A stretch of DNA of 64,000 nt. Source: Octopus sinensis. Its lineage: Eukaryota. Both the position numbers and the translations under genes were made by a program. Position 1 is the first letter of the stretch, and each line of letters opens with the position of its first letter. The stretch lies in contig NC_043012.1 in assembly GCF_006345805.1 (NCBI RefSeq), positions 48,918,001-48,982,000 on the forward strand, in the 5' to 3' direction. The notes beneath the pieces were generated by a model, which searched no databases, was not told where the DNA came from, and saw only the letters and a list, made by a program, of their open reading frames with translations. Shown piece by piece: positions 40,872 through 52,965 of this stretch.

Positions 40872-40944
40872 AATGATGATGATGATGATGATGATAATAA
40901 TGATGATTATGATGATGATGATGATGATGATGATGATAATGATG

Positions 40945-40992
<48 letters not shown>

Positions 40993-41097
40993 TTGATGAT
41001 GATGATGATATTGATAATAATAATAATAATCATAATAATAATAAAAATAATAATAATGATAATAATAATAATGATGATGATGATGATGATAATAATC

Positions 41098-41182
<85 letters not shown>

Positions 41183-41260
41183 AAGAAGGAGAAGATGAAG
41201 AAGGAGAAGAAGAAGGAGGAGGAGAAGAGGAAAAGAAGAGGAAAAGGAGGAGGAGGTGGA
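40780..41260. repeat. Compound (AAT)n/(GAT)n/(GAA)n/(GGA)n tract
   Basis: Directly visible. Confidence 0.95.
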
Positions 41261-41652
41261 GTATCTTTCCATTTGCCGCAAGTATCGGTATGTATAATAC
41301 AAGGGGTGTTAAGTGAATGGTAAAAATATACAAGTATTTTACATGTCTCTATAACAAACGAAGCGCTAACGCAATAAAATATATGAAAAACACGGTAAAT
41401 ATTTAGGACAAATAAAAACACGTGTAACCCACGAACACGTTTGAGGAGCCACCTCTCAGATAGAATGAGGTCACCTCAAGACACACTGTATGTCATATTA
41501 CATGATCTTATACATGAACAAACACACGAACTACGGTATGACCCCTGAATAACATACTACAGGATCCAACATTTGACAGAATATGTGCGACATGACATTG
41601 TATGATGCCATATGGACATTCTATTTGGCGCTCTTAACATGAAGTGCTTCGT

Positions 41653-42022
41653 CAGAGGTTCAGCCATATTTTTATCTATGGACCCCTTTGATTACTAATT
41701 TGTTCTGGTAGACCCCAGAGCCATTTAGTGTTTAAAAATTAGTTTTATAGATACTTCTTTCGAAATTTCAATTTTGTTTTTCCCCCGTTCACTTGTGTAG
41801 ACTTCCAGTAACATTCACTGAGAGAACATGTTTCCATAGCTAGAAATGTGTTGAGGTATGTTAAGCGTTAGAGCAAAAAAAAACGAACTGTTTATTGCAA
41901 TTAACACATCACGGACCCTTAAAATACTACTCTGGATCCCCAATTTACCATTTTGCTTGTGTGACCCTAAAAATTTTATATGGACCTCCAGGGACCACAT
42001 GGATCTTGGTTGAGAACTACTG
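41653..42022 (+). mobile_element. hAT-type MITE
   Basis: cagaggttcagccat...ggttgagaactactg; homologous to 8565-8887. Flanks tgcttcgt/tactacat are only a 5/8 TSD match. Confidence 0.65.
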
Positions 42023-43050
42023 TACTACATGAAACTCTACGTAAATCACCATACGGCTCCTTACGTGATACATTAAATGACACATTACGTGACTCCTACA
42101 TGATGCACATGGACTCTCATGTTGCACGCTACATGAAACACCATATTTTTGCTACATTATGTATTACATGAAAATCTACATGACCTACTACATAATACCC
42201 CTCCATGAAAAACTACATATTATATTACATGACATATTGAAAAACATCGCAAAACTCACTACTTGACACAAGGACATGAAACACTACATGACACACCACA
42301 TAACCTACTACATGGCATCTCCATAAAAAGCTACATGTTGCATAACATGACGTATTAGATGACACATCAGAAAAGCCGCTACTTGAATCAAGACATGGTA
42401 CATTACATAACGCTCTATGTGACACACTGTATAGCAAACGACAAGATACGCTGAGTGACACACGACATGTAGCACATCATCATTCACAATAAAACATACA
42501 TGTTACACTATATGTCACAATACATAACACACTTTTTGAAACTCACGAACCACGAAATGACCCACCAAATGGCATACTACATGATATACAATATGACACA
42601 CTATATAATACACTATATCACATGTTACAGGATTGCCTACATGTGACAATACATGATGCACTATATGATACACTGTATACCACATTAATTCATACACACG
42701 ATACACTATGTGGCATACTACATTGTATTTGAGATTACATGATGCACTATATGACACACAGTCTGTCACACTAATTCATACACAGTGTAACACTACATGG
42801 TATAATATATGTCCCATTACATGTCACGCTACATGTCATACTACACCATGCTCAATATAACATACTGCATAGCGCAAAATAATCATAGTCACATTATACG
42901 ACGCACTACATGTTACATACAACATGGCCCATAAATCACTACACGAGATACTACATGGCGCATTACATCGTTCACAATATATGGTACACGGCATGATCTA
43001 ATTCATGTCACACTACATGACATGCTACATGAAACACTACATGTCCCACT

Positions 43051-43355
43051 GATGGTAGTCTCTCGTAGTCCGAGAGAGACAGTTCTGTAAACTCTCGCCG
43101 AACAACCAACGCAAATGCTTCGTTTATAGTGATCAGCTGTTTATGCTGTACATTAGCTCACTACCTCTCTGTTAAAACCGACATAGCTTATACAGGTGCA
43201 CGGTGCACCACATGACAGGTGTCGAAGTGACCGCAGAGCAACGAGAGATGAAATGTCTTGCTCAAGAACACAACGTCCCACTCAATCCAGCAATTGAAAC
43301 CTTAACCTCTCGGTCGTGAGAGCGGCATCTTAACCAGTAAACCACGCGCTCTCAC
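43051..43355 (-). mobile_element. tRNA-headed CORE-like SINE with a different 3' body
   Basis: aaatgtcttgctcaagaacacaac...ttaaccagtaaaccacgcgc is a family-B-like head and CORE; the 3' part differs from family B. Confidence 0.7.
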
Positions 43356-44374
43356 TCATATCACATTACATCGCGCACAATATAACATACTACACAGTGC
43401 AGTACATGTCACAGTACATGGTGATCTCCTACATGACACACCGGATGACACATCACATGACATATCACATGATAGACTGTATGACATTCATGCCATTACA
43501 TGGTATAAAAATATAACGCAACATATGACATAACACATAATACTCGACATTAAAAGGAAGCTTTCAGGGGTGACCCAACGACCCATTAAAGTGCCGAGTT
43601 GTATCCACTTCATTGTAGCAGCCATATCGTGTATCATTTGTCATTTAATACCATTTATTTCCAACATTATCAGTATTACTGTTTGCGTTGGTTGCTGTTA
43701 TTAGGTGTTAATAAAACAGGCAGGGATGTTAAAATAAACCGGGGTAATTGAATAATTTTCCATCAGTAGTAATATGTGAGCAGGATTTGGTTAATGGATG
43801 CACAAGCCATCTTTCAGCGATTCTATTGGTGTGGACGCGAAGTCAATGGGAAAAATAGCAATCACAACAACCATCACAAAAACAACAAGTTGAGAGCTTC
43901 CAGGAGCACTCGTTGAGGAATAGCTGGAATAGATTAATCAAATCTGATTCCTGTCAAGGTTGCTTCATAATTTTTCCCAGAAATGCAGCGAGCTGGATTT
44001 CAAAAATATCTTCACATCTGAAGTTAATTAGTAGCATAAGAACCCTGCATAATTTAGAAATTAGAGAGATTTTGCCTTTTATTTATTTATTTATATATGT
44101 ATTTATTTATTTATTTATTTGCTTTTGGAAAATGGCGATAAAACCACATGTATAATAATATAATAATATAATATAATTATACATTTTCCATGCAAACGTA
44201 TATTAACTATGTATGTGTATATGTATGCATGTATGTACATATGTATGTACATATGTATGTATGTATTTATGAAAGTATATATGAATGCAACTGTAGATGG
44301 ATATATGGACGTATGCACGCAAATATGTATGAAAGTATATATATACACTTTGTATGGATATATATATGTACATA

Positions 44375-44421
<47 letters not shown>

Positions 44422-44491
44422 TGCATGTGTATGTATATGTAAGTGTACATATATATGTGTGTGTGTGTGTGTGTGTGTATGCATGTACATA

Positions 44492-45768
44492 CAAAGTGCC
44501 TTCAAAAGTGTCCGACTTTATTTTTCTCACCAAAACTAATGCTGTGTGGGTAAATCCTTTGAGCAAGAGGTGACAACAAAATTCTTGCGCATGCGTGCAA
44601 ATTTATGCGCCCGTAGGCCGCGTCAGGTCCCCGGCTGTTACGCCTAGAATACAGACGAGTAGTGCACACTCTTCGGATAATCGTTTCTACCGAACGCACC
44701 GAGCAAAATGATATCACATCAAGTTTTGCCAGAAAATTCGGTTGGCCCTTGGTGATGACATCATAAGCCAAACTCAAAATAAAATGTGATACAACGGTCT
44801 CAAATATGGCGGTAGCTCAGTGGAGAGCGAGGTATGTTCAAGCAGGCTATCCACAAATCGAAACAAAGAGCTGATTGAAAAGGTCCAGTGAATAGTCAAA
44901 GAAGACTATACACTGGATTGTGTATCAATCCAGGGAATTGCTCACAAAGTAGGAATAAGCACAGTATCAGTGTTTTCCAGTTTAACGGAGGAGTTGTGCA
45001 TTCGGAGAGTGTCGGCGAAATTCGTACCCAGGGTACAGGCGGAGCAGTAGAAGCGACTCCGCATGGAAATCGCTCAGGGCAGGCTGGTCAGTGCAAACCA
45101 CAACGCAGACTTCATGGAAACCATCATCACTGAGGAGACATGGGTTTATGGTCCCTGCTCGATAGGTTGGGTCATCTTGCGTGAAAAAAAATCCAACTTA
45201 GTGTGCTCTATAAGTTTGGAATCTAGGCATAGCAGCTGGGAACTGATGCGAAAATTTTTGCATATGGCGTAGGAGTAGCTGTGTGGCAGGCGTAAGAGTG
45301 GCTGTGTGGTAAGTACCTTGGGCAAGTGTCTTCTACCATAGCCTCGGGCCGACCAAAGCCTTGTGAGTGAATTTGGTAGACGGAAATTTGAAAGAAGCCC
45401 GTCGTATATATGTATATATGTATATATGTATGTGTGTGTGTGTGTGTATGTTTGTGTGTCTGTGTTTGTCCCCCCCCCCAACATCGCTTGACACCCGATG
45501 CTGGTGTGTTTACGTCCCCGTAACTTAGCGGTTCGGCAAAAGAGACCAATAGAATAAGTACTAGACTTACAAAGAATAAGTCCCGGGGTCGATTTGCTCG
45601 ACTAAAGGCGGTGCTCCAGCATTGCCACAGTCACATGACTGAAACAAGTAAAAGAGTAAAAGAGATATGCTCAAGAGGGTTTTCCTCACCTCTCACCCAA
45701 AAGATTTGCCCACACAGTCTTAGTTTTGGCGAGCAAAAATAAAGTTGGATATTTTTTCAGCGCATCCC

Positions 45769-45769
<1 letters not shown>
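44492..45769 (+). mobile_element. Decayed mariner element with TIRs and TA TSD, containing a SINE insertion
   Basis: TA|caaagtgccttcaaaagtgtccgactttatttttt...aaaaataaagttggatattttttcagcgcatcccg|TA; transposase traces IKFCQK, RRVSAKFVPR (WVPR-type motif), IITEETWVYG. Confidence 0.85.
45266..45664 (+). mobile_element. SINE family A (short deletion in head)
   Basis: ggcgtaggagtagctgtgtgg...gactgaaacaagtaaaagagtaaaagag. Confidence 0.92.
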
Positions 45770-45814
<45 letters not shown>

Positions 45815-46281
45815 ATGCATGCATGATGTTCAGTTGCTTGACACGGCTGGGCATCGAACAGATTGTGTTGGAGTAATCGTTCAGACTCTCTGCCCTCTGA
45901 ATAGAAACCTCTTCAAAATCAACTTTCGTGTCGATTCCTTATTTTCGAGTCTTTCTCTCCATTACGCCTGCGACTCAATTTAAGAGTCAGGACACGTGCC
46001 AAGCACTGCAAAATATATTTCTAAAATTAAATCCGGATTACACAGGTGCTTGTTTGTTTACACCACACTATGAAAATCATAGATCCAAGACATAACAGAA
46101 AGATATTGCTGGGTAAGTTGATGTAATCGGGCAGCACACTTATTGCGAAGACAAGAGAGGCATGTGTTCGATTACCGCGCGTACAAATACCCATTTATTT
46201 TCTGTCGAGGGTTTATATGCCCCAATGTTAGATTCTTTTCTACAGCGAAAATTTGGTGAACGCTTATAATTATGGGGCATA

Positions 46282-46352
<71 letters not shown>

Positions 46353-46382
46353 TGTGTGTGTGTGTGTGTTTGTGTGTGTAAG

Positions 46383-46530
46383 ACGAGCTTCTTTCAGTTT
46401 CCCACTACCAAGGTCTTGGTTGGCCTGGGGCTATAGTAAAAGATACTTGGCCAAGGTGGCATGCAATGGGACTGAACCCAGAACCATAGGGTTGAGAAGC
46501 AAACTTGTTACCACCCAGCCACACCTGCAC
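46383..46530 (-). mobile_element. SINE family A, 5' half
   Basis: gcttctttcagtttcc...gggactgaacccagaacc...cagccacacctgcacc. Confidence 0.8.
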
Positions 46531-46560
46531 CTATATACATGTGTGTGTGTGTGTGTGTGT

Positions 46561-46600
<40 letters not shown>

Positions 46601-47115
46601 ATGTGTCTGTGTACACGTTTGATGGTACATGAACCAATGTATTTTAAACAATGCCATTCTGTATGTTTTCCCTCTTGGAAAGGCATTGGAGGGGTAACAA
46701 GTGGCGAAGTTTTTCTTGGTGGACTAAGCTAATGACCCTTTTTCGATTCTAGAATTCTGAGACCTTACGATTAGTATTTAGATGATTCTCTTAAAGTCAC
46801 TTAGAAAGAAGAAAACATTTTTTACAGACATACCTCAACTTACGTCGGTAACTGATTGCAAGATATGCGACTTAACTGGAAAAGCGACATATAACACACA
46901 AAAAAACATTTTAAAGAATTTATTAGCTTATATTTATTTTAATAAATGTCTTGTACACATTTAGATGTATTGTATTTGATTTTGCTCTGCGGTATTGGCT
47001 TTTGGGTGTTTTCGTTAATTTTTATGCTTTTAATACGTTTGCTAATACCGAGTTTAAAGTCAAATAAATCGACCGAAGCTGAGGCTGATTTTATCCATTA
47101 ATTTCTTATAGAAAT

Positions 47116-47368
47116 GGAAGCGTGTGGCTTAGTGGTTAGAAGTGTTAGACTCGCTATAGTAAGATTTTGGTTTCGTTCCTCGGCTGATCGATGCGTTGTG
47201 TTGTTGAACAAAGCACTTCATTTCATGTCGCTCCAGTTCACTCAACTAGCAAAAGTGGCTGACGCTGCGACGGACCGGCGTCCCGTCCAAGGGGGAATAT
47301 ATAATCCATGGAAACCGGAAAACCGGCCCCCCTGGGTCTATATGACTCGGGAAGGATCTTTGTCCTTT
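47116..47368 (+). mobile_element. tRNA-headed CORE-like SINE with a third type of 3' body
   Basis: tggcttagtggttaga head, gttgtgttgttgaacaaagcacttcatttc CORE-like block, GC-rich 3' end ctgcgacggaccggcgtcccgtccaaggggg. Confidence 0.75.
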
Positions 47369-47375
47369 ATACTAA

Positions 47376-47767
47376 TCTCTCTCTATATATAAAGCTGAAG
47401 TTGTCTGTGTATGGCAGGTTTGGTAGCCTTCAACTAACACTATCTCCTCCGAGACCCTGCGGCACAAGTTGACCAAAATTGAGAGTATGATAGAAGAAGG
47501 CTTGCTTTTTATTCCGTAGAAAATAAAATTCAAATCGGATGTTAAGACCCAAAATTATTTACATCAAAAAGGTGCTTTTTTTCTATGAAAATCCCTATTT
47601 TTTACGGTTTTTTTGACTGCTGTGTCGCCATTTTTCTGTGTATTTCAACCAGAAAAATGTTCACTTAAATAGAATAACAAGCTACATAATGTAAAATTTT
47701 CACTTTTCAAAAATTCCAATTCTAAAGGGTCGAAACAAACCCGAGAAGCGCCGGGTGATACTGCTAG
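47376..47767 (+). mobile_element. Non-autonomous Helitron
   Basis: A|TC 5' end (tctctctctatatataaag), subterminal hairpin cccgagaagcgccggg, CTAG|T 3' end, no TSD. Confidence 0.88.
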
Positions 47768-48043
47768 TTCATTATAAAAACTACGTAAAGCCGGCAAAGA
47801 CGTAATTCGAACTGACGTAAGTTGAGGTGTGCTTGTGTTAGCATATAAGGATTACTGTTCGCTATCTGTTTATATATCTAGTGCGCTGCCACACGATTGT
47901 TATGACGCACGGTCTTAATTGAATTAATTCTTAGTTCCAAAAATAGCTGCTTACCAGAGATAATCTTAAATGGCAGATTCCCGGCAGATGCACAGCACAA
48001 AATAATTTTAAATATCTTAGTAATTTTAATTACCTTGAATTTT

Positions 48044-48250
48044 GGTGGTGAATCGTTAGCACGGCGGACGAAATCCTTAACGATATTTCGCCCGTCTTCA
48101 TGTTCTGATTTTAAATTCCACCGAAGTCGACTTTGCCTTTCGTCATTTCGGAGTCGATAAAATAAGTACCAGTTCACTATTGTAGTCGAGGTAACCGACT
48201 CAGCCTAGCCCCTCCACCGAAATTGCTGGCCTTGTGCCAAAATTTAAAAT
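48044..48250 (+). mobile_element. SINE family C
   Basis: gaatcgttagcacggcggacgaaa...gtcgactttgcctttcgtcatttcggagtcgataaaataagtaccag. Confidence 0.85.
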
Positions 48251-48688
48251 CATTTACCTTAAAGAGTAGAATTCTTTGATAATATTTTAAAAGCTCTTTA
48301 AGTCAAAATGCTTCATATTCGTGAACGGAAATCTGAATTAAGGGAACTGGATTTGAACTGAAAACCATGAGACTCTAAGCTGTTAATCGTAAAGTAGCGT
48401 GTCTCATAACTCCCACCCGAACTAACGAAAACTCATCAAAATAGGCTAATTACTTCAGGGACTAATGATTTTCACAAAGATGCAGAATAGTGTGAAGAAA
48501 GCTGACAAGGATATATTCATTAAATTAAGCGAAATATAATGAGTCAACAACGTGTTTATATTTATTAGCACGAACGCAGAAATATACCCCTTTTGAGGTG
48601 CAAAAAACCAACAATAATGCATAGACGTAAGCATACATAGTTGATATATATATACATATATATAAATGCACGCACGCACACACACACA

Positions 48689-49517
48689 CGGGCTGCGGTG
48701 AATGAAAATAACACTGAAATGCAAAAATGGAAATAACACTGACATCTCATTTTAACAGATATGTTGACTAAAAAAGTACATAAAAATATCTTGAAATACT
48801 AACGAGTAAATTTATTCAATAAAATCGCCATTGGCTTCAGTCACGACCTCCAAACGACTTCGGAATTTGCTGCAACTCTTCTGGACGGTCTCCTTGTTTA
48901 AGTTGGTGAATGCTACCATAATCCTTGCCTTCAGTTCATCTTTTGTGTTACAAGGAGTTTTGATGGTCTCTCGCTCATATGCGCCCCACACATAATAATC
49001 AAGAGGGTTGCAGTCTGGGGAGTTAGATGGCCAGATGTTAGGAGTGATGTGGTCGCAGAACTTGTCTGACAGCCATGACAGGGTACTCCTGCTTGTGTGG
49101 CATGGTGCAGAGTCCTGTTGCTAGACATATAGTCTTCCAGCAGCCACCCTCTTGATCCAAGGTAGCATTATTTCCTCCAGGCACTTGACGTAGGCATCCG
49201 TGTTGAGTTTGAGGCCGCGTGGTAAGATGAATGGCAACATAACGTCGCCATCACTAGTGATCACTCCGAACACTATGATGTTGACTGGATGTTTGATTTT
49301 TATCACTCTTAGTACATAACCTCAGATTATACTGTCCTCGAATTGACACCCAAACGCTCTGAAATGTTCGTATCGGAGCTTCCGGTGCGAATGCCGAAGC
49401 AATACAGCATGTCGTTTCCAAATTTCTGGCAGAGTGAATTGCGTCATGGTGCAGCTTTTCACACAATCAGTTCCCAACTGACCCTACTATACTGTGTAGT
49501 TGACAACAGCAAAATCA

Positions 49518-49521
<4 letters not shown>
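48689..49521 (-). mobile_element. Internally deleted maT/Bmmar1-type (DD37D) transposon
   Basis: Minus-strand 49306-48812: KHPVNIIVFGVITSDG...V*QQDSAPCH...WPSNSPDCNPLDYYVWG...EANGDFIE*. Exactly 37 residues lie between the last two Asp; one in-frame TAG at 49121-49123; N-terminal trace from ATG at 49447. Confidence 0.92.
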
Positions 49522-49552
<31 letters not shown>

Positions 49553-49601
49553 AATATTTTGTGACAACCAGTACCTAACACAACCAAGCTTTTACATGTT
49601 C

Positions 49602-49641
49602 CTTTTGACAATCTTTTTCTAAAAAAGTGAAACCGGTTAAG
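49602..49641 (+). ncRNA. Minimal type-I hammerhead ribozyme-like motif, second U3:A8 variant
   Basis: CUU-UUGACAA-U-CUUUUU(CUA)AAAAAG-U-GAA-ACCGGU-U|AAG in a ~125-bp insert between (TA)n tracts. Confidence 0.55.
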
Positions 49642-49680
49642 TAAATAAACATCTTTTAAAAAAACCTTCTTTCATATATA

Positions 49681-49771
<91 letters not shown>

Positions 49772-50429
49772 ATATATATATAACGAGTATGAGGGGTTAG
49801 TTAACTGGTGATGTAAACGAATAGGTACCCTGGGTAAGTGCTATAATTGGTCATCCGTTAGGTTCCAAGTTCATAGCTGAGGCTGGAGCTAGGGATCCGT
49901 AGTAGGCTTCCGAATTAGCAGGCATGTATTATAATAGAGGGAAAAGGACAGCAAAAACCAAGGCAGGACATGAATCTCAAGTCATTTGAAGTCTTATAGC
50001 TGCTGCTGAGATACCTCAAGTGATAGGCTAGCATGTCCGTACACTGTGTATTCCGTCATCAGAGACAAGGTGAGTATTTATGAAAGATCTAGACAGGGAA
50101 ATTCACAGTTTATAAGAACAAAAATATTTGATAGAAGAATGAAGAGTAAAACAGTAGATAGAAGAATCTAGACAGGAGAAGAAAGTTCACAGCTCATCTT
50201 CTTCCAGAGGGTATGAAAGTTGATCCGTACTTCCGTGAAGGCATAGGGCCTTAGATATAATCCCAAGTAAATCCAGGCTGTATTTTGACAGTATTTTGAA
50301 CGTAGCATTCATGCTGAAGGAATAGAATTAGTGGTTAGCTAGTATGAAAATGGACCACGTAGGTATATAGGGTATATAGGGTATATAGACATAACAACAA
50401 CAACAACGACAACGACAACAACCAGCTTA

Positions 50430-50600
50430 TAAAGCACCTGCAAAAATACTAATGTTTCACCAGAAGAACAAAAAGGGTGCCGGAGAAGGATGTATGGCTG
50501 TAAAGAGCAGCTTCTGGTAAACTGAGATATTATAGATGACTGTGAGAGGAGAAAGATAAACCTGAACATGACTAGGATCGATTACCAAACAGTATTCGAC
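50430..50600 (+). mobile_element. R4/Dong-type RT fragment
   Basis: Translates [47 protein letters not shown]; ends where the inverted repeat begins. Confidence 0.8.
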
Positions 50601-51362
50601 GGTAATTTGGTACGATCGTTTCACGCTACATCATTTTATTAAACGTTGTAAGTATTACAACAGTTCCAAAATGTTGAGCAATCATCAGCCATTAATAGAG
50701 GTTTCCCATTAATACATAATTTTCACATCAATTGATAACATTATAGAGAAGGTAGATATATAGACAAAGATGTCGATTTGAATTTTAAGAACATTAAGGT
50801 AGTAGAGTTTATCAACTGACTGAAGAATATTCATAATATTCAGTTGTTTTGAACTGCTAGAAGGTTTGGGAAGAATGATCAATTGAAAGGAGATAGATAT
50901 TCTCTATAAAGGGTCACTGTGACCATTTGACATTGACCTGGCTTTTTCTAATACAAAATCTGTTTGCCAAATAGTAGTAAACGGTCTCTGTATCATTACA
51001 ACCCTCTCTCTTCCTTAATTTCTATATATAGAACTTTGACATCTATTTCACCCCTATTTCTATAAATAGAAAATCTTTCTTGTCTCCTTCTTCACAAACC
51101 TTCTTGCAGTTCAAAACAACTGAATATTCTGAATATTCTTCAGTCAGTTCATAAACTCTACTCCCTTAATGTTCTTAAAATTTAAATCGACATCTTTGTC
51201 TATATATCTACCTTCTCTATAATGTTATCAATTGATATGAAAATTATGTATTAATGGGAAACCTCTATTAATGGCTGATGATTGCTCAACATTTTAAAAC
51301 TGTTGTAATACTTACAACATTTAATAAAATGATGTAGCTTGAAACGATCTACCAAATTACCG
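50600..51362. repeat. Long inverted repeat (~275-bp arms, ~210-bp spacer); probable Penelope-like inverted terminal structure
   Basis: 50600-50875 is the near-identical reverse complement of 51088-51362; each arm carries an outward-pointing hammerhead motif; no TSD. Confidence 0.93.
50603..50694 (-). ncRNA. Type-I hammerhead ribozyme, canonical core, long stem II
   Basis: UAAUGG-CUGAUGA-[long stem with GUUGUAA(UAC)UUACAAC]-GAA-ACGAUCGU-A|CCAAAUUA. The mirror copy at 51269-51359 (+) lacks one G of the palindrome. Confidence 0.75.
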
Positions 51363-51584
51363 AAGTTATTCTTGTTGCTTATTTTGATTATAATCACCTC
51401 ATGGATTTATATAGATAACACCATACAAAATCTGGTGCATCTAACTTAAGTACCATATTCATTTGAATATATATATATATATAGTTAATCCAAACATGAA
51501 AACACAAAGAGAAAACACAACAACGCGAGGACGTGGAATAAATATAGTATTATTGGACGCTCAGGAAGGAAGGAAAGAAGGAGG

Positions 51585-51619
51585 GTTTAACGTTTCGAGC
51601 GGAGCTCTTCGTCAGAAAC
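51585..51619 (-). ncRNA. Minimal type-I hammerhead ribozyme, canonical core
   Basis: GUUU-CUGACGA-A-GAGC(UCC)GCUC-GAA-ACGU-U|AAAC within a ~215-bp insert (51484-51697) between (TA)n tracts. Confidence 0.8.
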
Positions 51620-52934
51620 ATAGGAAAAGGAAAGATCCAAAGAAGGGAAGACGGAGGAAAAAAATCGCCAACGGTACACACGCGGTCACATTTTGAATGT
51701 ATATATATATAGATATATAATATATCTATATATATATATATATATATATATGTATTCATGTGTGTGTGTGTGTGTGTGTGTGTCCATGTATGTGCGCGTG
51801 TACGTATGTGTTTGCATATGCACAAAGACACATACTCACAAGCATTAGAGAGAAAATACATGTGCGTTCATACACATGAGTACTACTAGGTAATATCTTA
51901 AGTTCTCCTACTGAGATATTTATCTGAGTGTGCTGTGTGACTTATAGAATTAATTGGGGTTATGATCAATATCTATGTGAATGAAATAGTGGAGAGAGTG
52001 AATCTCAAACACACCATATAAAGAAAATCGTTATTTTATATAAATATGGTCGTAAAACCTTCACTGTTATTGTGGTCCATTCTTGTTCCAGATACTCCGT
52101 AGTTTTAATTAAACTCAGTATCTGAAGCCAGCGAAATACTTGTCAATTATATTAGAGTAAATAATGGAAATGAGAATGTGAGAATGTAGAAAATTCCTCA
52201 CGGAGTGATGACCGTACCCTACGTAGCTATAGTGTACCCTTTGGCCAGGCATAGCACTCGTTCATCCACCCTGTCAGGGTTACGGCGAAGTCATTGGGCT
52301 GTAGCATGACGGATTGTGAAGAGGTAAGTGAAGAGATCAGCTGAACCAACTTTGATTCTTATATTGATGCTGAACGGAGGAATCCTAGATCACCAATCTC
52401 TATGAAGGGAACAGTTGAAGTGCATTCAAATGGGTAGCGTCCATGGTTGTGTAATTAGCTAATGAAAGATTCACTATAACTCAAGCTCTCAATTTAAATT
52501 CACAATAATGGAATTGGATGACAACAGAGTCATGGGAATCAGCGGAAGCAGTGAAAGAAAAATGGAAATATCTCAAGATACCGGACGAGGTCTGTAGATT
52601 CTCTTCAAAGATTTTGTTTTATATATAGATTTTCAAGAGGGGAAACAGGAGGTAAGAGAACATCATTAAACAAGGAATTAAATGAGGCCATAAAACAACT
52701 AGTAAGAACTGTATTTAAAAAAAAAAAAAAAGGCGCAAAATAGAATCTAACATATTTCGCAGAATCAGCTTTCTGACGTCATGGTAACACACCAGAAACT
52801 TAGAAAGTATATGCATGCGAAAATAGATATATTCATATAAATGTATACATATATACACACGCATATAAATAAACACACATACACAGACACAAACACACAA
52901 ACACACAAACACATAGACACGCACCGGAACAGAA

Positions 52935-52965
<31 letters not shown>

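Larger units (their letters stand above)
41470..43545. repeat. Highly diverged 12-bp minisatellite (consensus ~CTACATGACACA)
   Basis: For example cactacatga catgctacat gaaacactac atgtc (43011-43046); interrupted by a hAT MITE and a SINE. Confidence 0.75.
46825..47835. mobile_element. Tigger/pogo-like MITE containing a nested SINE and Helitron
   Basis: TA|cagacatacctcaacttacgtc ... gacgtaagttgaggtgtgcttg: 22-bp imperfect TIRs. Confidence 0.75.

Noticed and set aside
52190-52330. Candidate exon ending in GAG|GTAAGT
   Set aside because: Stops in all three frames and no polypyrimidine acceptor.
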